Source: Candidatus Woesearchaeota archaeon (GTDB lineage: Archaea; Nanobdellota; Nanobdellia; Pacearchaeales; GW2011-AR1). Taken from it: a stretch of 64,000 nucleotides of DNA. The position numbers and the translations under genes were made by a program. Below the pieces are notes generated by a model. It was not told where the DNA came from. It saw only the letters and a program-made list of their open reading frames with translations, and searched no databases. Below are positions 1 through 7,769 of this stretch, in pieces (the stretch's first letter is position 1; each line of letters begins with the position of its first letter). Location: assembly GCA_964534185.1 (NCBI GenBank), contig CAZHOH010000001.1, positions 19,669-83,668 of the forward strand, in the 5' to 3' direction.

Positions 1-829
1 CGACGACGGAGAATATGATTGAGGTCTCGACTCCTTCCAGCCTTATCATCTTGTCCGCGATGACAGGCAGGCAGTCTCGCTTGGCCGCGGCGATGATCCC
101 GACGGTGCCCACGAACGTGGAGTCGCGCTGCTCCCAGTTCCCGTCCTTGTTTATCTCCTTCTCAAGCTCGAAGAAGTATCGCGGGTAGGGGTACCTCTCT
201 ATCTGACTGAGTTTGGCCCGGTCAATGAAGGCGCTCAGTTCCCTGGACGCCTCCCAGTCCCTGTCAGTGCAGGTGTCAGAGGTAAGGTCCTGCGTGTCGC
301 TGCGGATGCCAAAGAAAAGGGCGGTGGCGACCCTGGGGTCCAAGCTACTGGCGCTGGCGCTGGCGCCATCAGGCGTCTCATCCCCTTCTTCCTCGCGCCG
401 GATATGCCCGACTACCCCCTTGATCATCTCCCAGACGAGGGTGCTGGCCGAGCCAACCTGATCTATGATCGATATGCAATCCTTCTCCGACTCCTCAGAC
501 CTGTGATGGTCAATGACGAGTATGGGGTGGCCCTTCGGCTTGGAGTTAGCCGTCGTCGCGTCGACTATGACACATCCCTGATAGTTGTCGTTGTCATCCG
601 AGTCCTTTATCATCCCGACGTCGAGCGTGTTCAGCATGGTCTTGTTCTGCGGATGGGATATCTCGCCCGTATACAAGATCCTCGCCTTCCTGTCGAACGA
701 GAAGGAAAGCAGCCACTGCATCCCCATGGCCGCGCCGATGGCGTCGGGGTCCGGGGTTCCATGGGTGACGATAGCAACCGGAGAGTCATCAAGCGACCTC
801 AATCTGTCCTTGATCGCTTTTACGTCCAT
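1..829 (-). CDS. DHH-family phosphoesterase (NrnA/RecJ-like); C-terminus runs off the window
   Basis: Absent from the supplied ORF track because no stop lies inside the window. My own minus-strand translation from ATG 829-827 stays open to base 1: MDVKAIKDRLRSLDDSPVAIVTHGTPDPDAIGAAMG...CVIVDATT...ILVIDHHRSEE...VGSASTLVWE. These match DHH motifs I-IV. Plus-strand ORFs 404..850 and 585..857 are antisense shadows. Confidence 0.8.
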   Translation of the reverse strand, partial: MDVKAIKDRLRSLDDSPVAIVTHGTPDPDAIGAAMGMQWLLSFSFDRKARILYTGEISHPQNKTMLNTLDVGMIKDSDDNDNYQGCVIVDATTANSKPKGHPILVIDHHRSEESEKDCISIIDQVGSASTLVWEMIKGVVGHIRREEEGDETPDGASASASSLDPRVATALFFGIRSDTQDLTSDTCTDRDWEASRELSAFIDRAKLSQIERYPYPRYFFELEKEINKDGNWEQRDSTFVGTVGIIAAAKRDCLPVIADKMIRLEGVETSIIFSVV

Positions 830-886
830 GCCTGCCTCGCTTCCCTTTAACTGCTGACACCCTGGGGCAATTCGTCAGGCTACGAC

Positions 887-2461
887 CTAGGTCTCGAACT
901 CGACAAGGTAACGCAAAACGTTCTGGTCTTCTTGATAAACGATCCACTCGTTGTTCATCACATGGCTGTAATTCGCCTTGCCAAACACGCTGTGGCAACC
1001 CCCCGGGGGGGAGGTATACCCGCGCGGGCCTGGAGCCAGGAAGGGTTTCCCGAGGACGACGTCGCCGAGGAACATGAAGGCCTTGCGGCCTCGCACTGCG
1101 CCGCGCCCTCCGGACCAGAACGAGTTCTGTAGGCTACAGTATCCCGCGGCCTTCTTCCAGTCGTCGGCCCAGTACGTTCCAGGTCCGAACATGGCTCCTG
1201 TGATGGCTACGCCCACCAGCTTCTTCGGCATCATCAGGCTCTTGGACAAGATTCCGCTGACATTGACGGAGCGGGTGCCGTGGAACAGCAGGGCGGTTCT
1301 GGAGTCCCTATGGGCCGAGAGCGTCCCGTTCAGGTCGGGTCGCGAGCGAGGCGAGAACATAGGCTTCTCCCGGGAACTGGGCTTCTGCGCGGCAATCTGC
1401 GCCTGCTTGGCGTCGAACCGATGGCGGCAGGTCGGCTTGTTCGCCTCCCAGATGTTATGGACCTTCATTTGCCCAAGTCCCCTGTGGAGGTTTCGCGTCG
1501 CCCGGGGCAGGAAGTCCATGATCCACTTGCCTTCCCCCCGGGGGTCAAGCCAGCGCATCTCGAGGTCTATCCCATCCAGGGGATTGCGGGTCATGTCGTC
1601 GATGTCCTCGAGGCTGGTGGACAAGGCTTGCTCGAACGCGTCAAGGTCCTGTTGCCATGTCAGGATGTTCTTTTGCGACAGAACCCACGTGGACTCGTCC
1701 GCGCCGACGGGCTTGACCTTCGGGATGCGCGAGTAGAGCAGCCGACTGAATTCTCTCAGCCGCTTGTCCTTGACCTGACGGTCAGGGTCGTCGCCTACTT
1801 TCGACAGCCGCTTCAGGGCCTCCGTGAGGATGTGCCTACCTTCGTTGATGGCATCCTGGGTAGGGATGCTGTCGTCCGCCATCGAGTTGCGCGTGTAGTT
1901 GGCGGTCGCTACGTTTAGGTCGTGCATCAACTGCATGACCTTCGGATCCGGCAGGGAGTCCGCGCGCCTCGCCTTGCTCGACTTCTTGGTTTTCTTGGCG
2001 GGAGCGTCTCCCGTCTGAATCTTCTTCGCCCCGGGCAATCCGGTCGACCTGGTTGCCTGCGGGCGGACGAGGTAGCAGTCCTTGCCCTTTTTTGCCCGCA
2101 GGGCCTGTATCCCGGAGATCTTCGTCCATTCTCCGCGCTTGTCATTCTTGCTGTGCAGTTGCTTCTCGTATGCCTTCCGCGCCTCGTCCTCGCACATGGC
2201 CATGACGAACTGGAAGTCCGGACGGGAAGCGCCGGTGCGGCCCCACTCGAAATAGGCGTACCATTCCCCCGTCTGCTTGGATCTGACGACGGCCCCGTGG
2301 TAGAACTTGTTGGTGTCCCGTCCGTCCTGGGTGAAACATCCCAGGTCAGCGACCCCAGTGTCCTCGAACTCCCCATCCTTGACCGCAGGAGGGCCAAAGC
2401 ACTCGAAGTCATCGGGGCCATGGCAAGCAGGAAACTGACGTTTTGGTAGTTTGGTAGCCAT
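887..2461 (-). CDS. poly(ADP-ribose) polymerase-like protein (WGR domain + PARP catalytic domain)
   Basis: 524-aa ORF starting at ATG 2461. WGR motif GEWYAYFEWGRTGAS near the N-terminus. C-terminal PARP fold with an intact H-Y-E triad (LLFHGTRS, GPGTYWADD, NNEWIVYQ). Confidence 0.8.
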   Translation of the reverse strand: MATKLPKRQFPACHGPDDFECFGPPAVKDGEFEDTGVADLGCFTQDGRDTNKFYHGAVVRSKQTGEWYAYFEWGRTGASRPDFQFVMAMCEDEARKAYEKQLHSKNDKRGEWTKISGIQALRAKKGKDCYLVRPQATRSTGLPGAKKIQTGDAPAKKTKKSSKARRADSLPDPKVMQLMHDLNVATANYTRNSMADDSIPTQDAINEGRHILTEALKRLSKVGDDPDRQVKDKRLREFSRLLYSRIPKVKPVGADESTWVLSQKNILTWQQDLDAFEQALSTSLEDIDDMTRNPLDGIDLEMRWLDPRGEGKWIMDFLPRATRNLHRGLGQMKVHNIWEANKPTCRHRFDAKQAQIAAQKPSSREKPMFSPRSRPDLNGTLSAHRDSRTALLFHGTRSVNVSGILSKSLMMPKKLVGVAITGAMFGPGTYWADDWKKAAGYCSLQNSFWSGGRGAVRGRKAFMFLGDVVLGKPFLAPGPRGYTSPPGGCHSVFGKANYSHVMNNEWIVYQEDQNVLRYLVEFET

Positions 2462-2485
2462 TTCTTTCGTCTTCTTTTCCCAGGG

Positions 2486-3373
2486 TTACAATAGCCTGCT
2501 TCCTGTGAACTGCCAGTCCGTGAACAACTTCCCGTCCGGGAAGAAGATCAATTGCCGGATGACGTTCGTATCCGGCTCCAGCGTCAGGCAGTTCGACACA
2601 CAGACGTTTTGTCCCCGGAAGTCATAGACAGCGGCGCCGTGGGGCAGTGTGTAGAGCTTGGTCCCCTCCGTCTGAACATGCTCTTGAATAGCCAGACACG
2701 CGAGATCGCTGAGGCGATTCAAGTCGATCCACTTGTTGACCAACGGACTAGTGGTTGTCGCGTCCCACGCGGGTGTCACGGGCCTCCATGTCAGTTGCTC
2801 GACTTTGTTCTCCAAGCAGAAGTCCACGAGGCGCTCGAAGGCCTTCGGGCCATCAACGCCCCCCTTGATGCCGATCGTGGTATACCTTACGATCAGGCCC
2901 GCGTCATGGGCGCGCTTGATGGCGTCCTTCATGTCAAGGAGCTTCTTCCTCTTTGGCCAGTAGATCCTGTGGTTGAGGTCGGGATCCGATCCGACGTTGG
3001 ATATCATGATGGTAGTCATGCCCGCGCTGTACCAGTCGACAAGCATGTGCCCAACCCGATATCCTCTCCAAGTGGATTCCCCGAGGAACGCGCCGTTCGT
3101 TTGTAGTTCGACGAACGGGAATCGACCCTCGAGTTCCGCCAAGTAGGTGTATATCTGATTCGGATAGAGGGTAGGCTCCCCTTTCCCCGTTATGAGGACA
3201 TTGGTGATGCCGCATCTCTCGGCTATCTGCACCGCCTTGCGCAGGTTCCGTATGTTCAATTCGATCAGAACATCGCAGCCTTTGTTCGTCTCCGTCATGC
3301 GCGACACGCAAAACGGGCACTGCGCGTTGCAGGCCTTGGTCCCCGCGACAAGCGACATCGTCTGAAATTTCAT
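2486..3373 (-). CDS. radical SAM protein (subfamily unassigned)
   Basis: 295 aa. CxxxCxxC cluster motif CNAQCPFC near the N-terminus, followed by ITGKGEPTLYP. Confidence 0.7.
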   Translation of the reverse strand: MKFQTMSLVAGTKACNAQCPFCVSRMTETNKGCDVLIELNIRNLRKAVQIAERCGITNVLITGKGEPTLYPNQIYTYLAELEGRFPFVELQTNGAFLGESTWRGYRVGHMLVDWYSAGMTTIMISNVGSDPDLNHRIYWPKRKKLLDMKDAIKRAHDAGLIVRYTTIGIKGGVDGPKAFERLVDFCLENKVEQLTWRPVTPAWDATTTSPLVNKWIDLNRLSDLACLAIQEHVQTEGTKLYTLPHGAAVYDFRGQNVCVSNCLTLEPDTNVIRQLIFFPDGKLFTDWQFTGSRLL

Positions 3374-3466
3374 CTGACATTCTCCTTATGTTCAATCGTC
3401 GGATGGCGCGGACCCTGTACCCCCCCTACTCCGATCGACGGATACGTCTTCTTGTCCCCTCACGTT

Positions 3467-3673
3467 TTACGGGTCTGCCGCGTGGAGTTCGACGGGGGAA
3501 AGCGATTCGAGAGACACTGCCCCAGCCTTCCCGCGGAGCCACGCCACCTCGCCCCCCGACAACAGGTGGCCTATGTATCGAACCTCGTAGACATTATCGT
3601 CGTGCGGACCGCCGATGATCGGGTGGTAACGTACCTTCTGACCTACACGGCATTCTGACATTTTCACCCCCAT
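3467..3673 (-). CDS. small hypothetical protein (68 aa)
   Basis: ORF with ATG at 3673 and an alternative ATG at 3661. It overlaps the 3' end of the upstream ORF by 80 nt, so one of the two boundaries is uncertain. Confidence 0.4.
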   Translation of the reverse strand: MGVKMSECRVGQKVRYHPIIGGPHDDNVYEVRYIGHLLSGGEVAWLRGKAGAVSLESLSPVELHAADP

Positions 3674-4349
3674 GGTCTTTGGCCAAGTCGGAAACCTCTT
3701 TGGTGCGAGCGTCTTCTTTTCCTAGTTCCTGCTCGCAATAACGCGCGACCTTGACGATCCGTCTGGCAACGAAGTTCTTAAGCCAACTCCTCGTTGCAGG
3801 CAGCGCGTCTAGGTGGCCCATGACTTTGTTCGCATATTCCTGGCCTCCGATCAATACGATTGCGACGGCGGCGTTAGCAACAATGGCACTGAAATACGGG
3901 ATGTCAAGCAGCAGGTCGTTGGCATGAGATGCAAACACCTGAAAAAGAGTTTCCTCCAGGTTCGCATGAATATTGTCGGGGATAACGGTTGCCTTTCTCG
4001 CGACCATCTTGGTCGCCTCGCATACCAGAGCCTGGTTTTTCATGCTCATGAAACGAGCGATCACGTCACAGTCCAATGAACTACGGGAAGCCATCGCAAT
4101 GAAGAGCCTGACGCCTGCGGAGGTAAAAACATTCATGTATTCGTTGTCGCGATGCTTTTCCACGAAACTCACGACAGCATCCCTGAGCGGCTTCTCGCCG
4201 CGAGTCCACAAAGGAGCAAATGAATACATGTTGGCTAGGAACACCCCCTCGGCAGATAGAACCGCCCTGCCCTCCAAAGAGGGGTCAGTCATCTTGCCGT
4301 CAACAAACTGCTCGATTTCCCGCATCATCCGCTCGATTTTATCCGACAT
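3594..4349 (-). CDS. hypothetical protein (251 aa, helical)
   Basis: Long ORF with ATG at 4349, in the same orientation as its neighbours. No motif recognised. Confidence 0.6.
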   Translation of the reverse strand: MSDKIERMMREIEQFVDGKMTDPSLEGRAVLSAEGVFLANMYSFAPLWTRGEKPLRDAVVSFVEKHRDNEYMNVFTSAGVRLFIAMASRSSLDCDVIARFMSMKNQALVCEATKMVARKATVIPDNIHANLEETLFQVFASHANDLLLDIPYFSAIVANAAVAIVLIGGQEYANKVMGHLDALPATRSWLKNFVARRIVKVARYCEQELGKEDARTKEVSDLAKDHGGENVRMPCRSEGTLPPDHRRSARR

Positions 4350-4429
4350 CGTTATCTAGCCCCCGCCGATGAGCCAGAGGTACTCCGCTGGCCCCGGAGA
4401 GTCGTCGAACCGGGGCCAGCGGGACGTTG

Positions 4430-5317
4430 CTACTTGGCGGAAGCCAAATCTGCGGCCGGCTTGCGGACACGAAACATGCTTTCGTCGAACACCCGCGGGA
4501 AAGCCTCGCTCGTGGCGTAGCGGATCTGCTTCATGGGCTGCTCATTGGCCCAGGCGTTCATGGCCTTGACAAACAGCGCCAGCACGTAGTCTCGGAAGCC
4601 GCTGCCGTTGTGCCCCAGGCCCCTGTTGAGCCGAAGGATGGAACGGCGCAGTGCCAGCGACGGGCTGTCGGTCTCGAGGTTCACCCCCGTGGCCACCTCC
4701 TCGATGAAGGCGTCAGCTAGTTCCTCATCGTCCAGCGCGCGCATCAGGACGTACTTGCAGAACGCAGCCTGCGCGAGGCACCCCCCGATCTCGCGAAGGT
4801 ATTTGCCGGCGGGCAGGCGGACTGCGTCCCGGGCCTTCGGATGGCGCTCGAGCACGCTCATGATGTCGACGTTGCCCGCGCGGTTGCGGGCGATGTTCTG
4901 CGACGATCGGTTCTCGTAGCGCCAGATGTACTTCAGCAGCGCGGCCAGCGCGGTGGAGTTCGCCTCGCCCCGTATCTGCATGATGTGGGCCGCGGTCCTG
5001 CCCATGCCGCAGTCGATGGTGGCCTGCGCGTTGTCGTCCGTCACGCCGCGAACGACGATGGTCTCGATGCTCTGGCCTGACTCGATGATCGCTTGCAGAC
5101 GGTGCTGGCCGTCGATCAGATGCCCCTCCTCGTCAAAGGTGATAGTCTGGCCGTTGAAAGACCACTGGTTCATACGCATCTGATCCGCGTAGAACTCGAT
5201 GCGCCTCCGGGAAAGCTTGCGGTTCGCCTCCTGCGTTTCCAGCCACCGCTTGGCCTTGCGAGGTCCGACCTTCTCCCGGTTCGACTTGATGTACGTCCTT
5301 TTCTTGCTTTTGCCCAT
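4430..5317 (-). CDS. ParB/Srx-superfamily protein with DGQHR motif
   Basis: ORF 4430..5419 trimmed to ATG 5317, which has CAGGAG upstream. Motif LIDGQHRLQAI is typical of the ParB N-terminal domain and DGQHR (DndB-like) domains. Confidence 0.65.
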   Translation of the reverse strand: MGKSKKRTYIKSNREKVGPRKAKRWLETQEANRKLSRRRIEFYADQMRMNQWSFNGQTITFDEEGHLIDGQHRLQAIIESGQSIETIVVRGVTDDNAQATIDCGMGRTAAHIMQIRGEANSTALAALLKYIWRYENRSSQNIARNRAGNVDIMSVLERHPKARDAVRLPAGKYLREIGGCLAQAAFCKYVLMRALDDEELADAFIEEVATGVNLETDSPSLALRRSILRLNRGLGHNGSGFRDYVLALFVKAMNAWANEQPMKQIRYATSEAFPRVFDESMFRVRKPAADLASAK

Positions 5318-5414
5318 CTTCAGTCTCCTGTTTTCAAAAAGAAAAATACTATGCCCCAAGCGGGTTCCTCGAATGCGTCTATAATACACAAAATGCGGCG
5401 CACGCACAAGCGTC

Positions 5415-5459
5415 GGCAAAGAGGCCCCGGAGCAACCGGGGCCTCTTTGCCTTATTTTT
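5415..5459. terminator. strong stem-loop with T-tract (intrinsic-terminator-like)
   Basis: Perfect 16-bp stem GGCAAAGAGGCCCCGG / CCGGGGCCTCTTTGCC with a 5-nt loop. TTATTTTT follows it on the plus strand. On the minus strand, which is the sense of both flanking genes, only an A-rich run precedes it. Confidence 0.6.
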
Positions 5460-5492
5460 CAAACTCCTCAACGATAGCACCACCGCTATCGC

Positions 5493-5696
5493 TCAATGCT
5501 CGTTCTTCCGTTTCTCAAAGTAGCCCATCTCATCCGCCAGCGCCCCAATATAGCGCCCGTCCGCGTCAAAGCAGAAATGCGTCTGCGCCACGGAAATGCC
5601 ATGGTCTCCACGGTACACGCCATATTCGTTTCGCCATTCCTCAAGCCCTACTCCCATGCAGGTGAAGAAGGCAACGAATTCCTCGTAGTCCGTCAT
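5493..5696 (-). CDS. small hypothetical protein (67 aa)
   Basis: ORF 5493..5774 begins at a TTG. I trimmed it to ATG 5696 (MTDYEEF...), which has GGGAGC upstream. Confidence 0.4.
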   Translation of the reverse strand: MTDYEEFVAFFTCMGVGLEEWRNEYGVYRGDHGISVAQTHFCFDADGRYIGALADEMGYFEKRKNEH

Positions 5697-5770
5697 CGCT
5701 ATGCTCCCGATGCAACTCACAGTGGCCACCGTAGTGGAAAGCGGGTCACGCTGCCTCCACAGGGAGTGCC

Positions 5771-6562
5771 TCAACTACCGAACCCCCCCATGGCCGTCTG
5801 GCTGAAACTGGCGCCGCCCTGGGACGCGCGTACCGCGCTCTGGCTGAAGACCTGGAAGGCCTTCCTGACTTCGGTCTCGCTGTTGCCAGGGGTCAGGATC
5901 CACTCGTCCTGGACGCCCATCTGCTGGAAGATGCGCTTGAAGTCGGCCCCCGCGTCGTCCTTGATCCCCATGGCGGCAATGATGTGGCACTCCTGCCGCA
6001 ACATGTCCTCGACCAAGGGCTTGACGTCCAAGGCGCTGGATGAGGAGTGCTGGTCCGCTCCGTCGGTAACGATCAGGGTGATCGTCCGGGCCGGCACTCC
6101 AGAGTCCGCGAACTCGCGGTGCTTGGCCATGACCGTGCCCAGCAGGGCGATGGTCTGGTCGTACAGCGGCGTCCCCTTACGCGGGTCGTAGTTCTGCGGC
6201 GTCATGACCTCGGCGTCCTCCAGCTTCCGGTAGGGGAACAGCACGTCCCCGTTGAGATAGCGGGTGTGCGCCAGAACGGCGTCCGTCTGCTTCGATTTCT
6301 TCAGCGCATCCAGAACCAGGTTGTGCCCATCGATGACCGCCTGCTTGTTGCCTGCGAACTGGATCGACCCGCTGTCGTCCGGCATCATCGTCACCAGAAC
6401 GACCTCGCTGGCCTCCACGTCGTCGGCGGAGATGCCCAGACCGGCCTGAATCTGTGCCCCCAGGTCAATGGAGTTCAGGGCCTGCATCGACTGCAGGCTC
6501 AGATCCCCCTCGTCATGGGCTTGCTTGAATACCTCGCCCAAGTCTGCCACGTTGCTGCTCAT
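5771..6562 (-). CDS. von Willebrand factor A (vWA) domain protein, TerY-like
   Basis: Trimmed to ATG 6562, which has GAGGAG upstream. MIDAS motif DxSxS (MMPDDSGSI), plus GTPLY and a later TDGAD. Confidence 0.7.
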   Translation of the reverse strand: MSSNVADLGEVFKQAHDEGDLSLQSMQALNSIDLGAQIQAGLGISADDVEASEVVLVTMMPDDSGSIQFAGNKQAVIDGHNLVLDALKKSKQTDAVLAHTRYLNGDVLFPYRKLEDAEVMTPQNYDPRKGTPLYDQTIALLGTVMAKHREFADSGVPARTITLIVTDGADQHSSSSALDVKPLVEDMLRQECHIIAAMGIKDDAGADFKRIFQQMGVQDEWILTPGNSETEVRKAFQVFSQSAVRASQGGASFSQTAMGGFGS

Positions 6563-6584
6563 GATCGTCTCCTCGTTCGATGAA

Positions 6585-6668
6585 CCCCTCCCCCAACAAA
6601 CTCCGCTGGAACGGCTCGACACAAAAACAGTAAGCGTTGGCACGTTCGATTGGAGTCCGGGGGAGGGG
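6585..6668. other. 10-bp inverted repeat in the intergenic region upstream of the vWA gene
   Basis: CCCCTCCCCC (6585-6594) and GGGGGAGGGG (6659-6668) are separated by 64 nt. They lie in the 128-nt gap between the amidase stop and the vWA start. One arm abuts the vWA ribosome-binding site. Confidence 0.35.
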
Positions 6669-6690
6669 CTCGTATGTCGGTCAGCCTTAG

Positions 6691-7758
6691 CTACAGGCTG
6701 ATGCCATCCCATTCCTCGATGGGCTTGGTGGATCTGACGACATGCATGCCAGCGTCCTTGAATTTCTGGATCGCCGCTACGGCGTCGTCGGTAAAGTCCG
6801 CCACGAACCCTCCCTGGCCGTCAGGGATCGCGACCGAGCTCATGCAGTCCTCCATGATGTAGCACTTGCGCGCCAGGGACTCGTCCTGCGCGCGGATCTC
6901 GCTCAGCAGGTCGTCGATCGTGAACTTGACGCAGTGGCTCGCGGCCTGCCCCGCGATGATGACGGCGTCGCTGTCCAGCAGCGTGTTCAGAAACCGGGTG
7001 TTCTTCTGGCCCACCGGCTTGTGGTCCTGGGTTGCCAGAACCTCCGGGCGCAGGACGGAATAGTTCTCCGTCAGCAGGGCGCCCCCCTTGACCTCCAGAT
7101 CCCCCTTGGAGGACCGGGCGAAGGAATGGAAAGCCCGCGCCTCGGCGACTGTTCCCGCGAGCGCGTGTCCCTCAGAGCCGAGCAGGCAGTGGAAGGGCCA
7201 GAGGTAGAGCTGGTACTTGCCAGCCTTCTCCAGCTCCTGGCAGTAGTGCTTGACGTAGCTGACCAGCCACGTGTAGTTGCCGTTGCACAGCCACTTCGCC
7301 ATGGCGGGGTTGGGATTCAGCTTGCCTTCCGAGATGTCCTGGGTGGAGACGGTCGTGTGCGCGGCCGGGGCCTTGCCGTCCTCGCCGACCCAGAAGCTCG
7401 GGAAGAATACCTGGAACGGGAAGTGAGTGTCCATCGTGCAGGTCACGTCGGTGATGGCGGGGAGGTTCTTGTAGATGAACTCCGCTGTCCGCGCGGAGTC
7501 CTCGATCGCGCCGCGTCCGCCGCGGCCACCTACGTAGAGCGTCCCCTCGGGGAAGCAGAAGTCCTTCTGGGCGTCGATCAGCAGCAGGTGGACGCGGAAT
7601 TTGTCGGCGCCGGACGGAGCCACGCCATGCTTCTTAACCCACTCCTGCGCCTTCTCGAACAACATGGCCTCGTTCGGGCGGTAGCCCCACTTCTCGGCGG
7701 ACTTCGGGTCGTAGAAGTCAGGCAGGGGCAGTTGCTTGACTGGCGTCGCGGTGCTCAT
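6691..7758 (-). CDS. isochorismatase-family hydrolase, nicotinamidase-like
   Basis: Trimmed to ATG 7758, which has AAGGAG upstream. Motifs HLLLIDAQKDFCFPEGTLYV, MDTHFPF, and a catalytic-Cys context IIAGQAASHCVKFT. Confidence 0.65.
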   Translation of the reverse strand: MSTATPVKQLPLPDFYDPKSAEKWGYRPNEAMLFEKAQEWVKKHGVAPSGADKFRVHLLLIDAQKDFCFPEGTLYVGGRGGRGAIEDSARTAEFIYKNLPAITDVTCTMDTHFPFQVFFPSFWVGEDGKAPAAHTTVSTQDISEGKLNPNPAMAKWLCNGNYTWLVSYVKHYCQELEKAGKYQLYLWPFHCLLGSEGHALAGTVAEARAFHSFARSSKGDLEVKGGALLTENYSVLRPEVLATQDHKPVGQKNTRFLNTLLDSDAVIIAGQAASHCVKFTIDDLLSEIRAQDESLARKCYIMEDCMSSVAIPDGQGGFVADFTDDAVAAIQKFKDAGMHVVRSTKPIEEWDGISL

Positions 7759-7769
7759 CTTCTTCTCCT

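Noticed and set aside
404-857. Plus-strand ORFs 404..850 and 585..857
   Set aside because: The minus strand translates into a clean DHH phosphoesterase with all family motifs. The plus-strand ORFs are antisense shadows.
2486-3373. Radical SAM protein considered as a prokaryotic viperin
   Set aside because: Only the generic CxxxCxxC and GGE-like motifs are visible. I cannot see viperin-specific C-terminal motifs by eye. It is left as an unassigned radical SAM protein.
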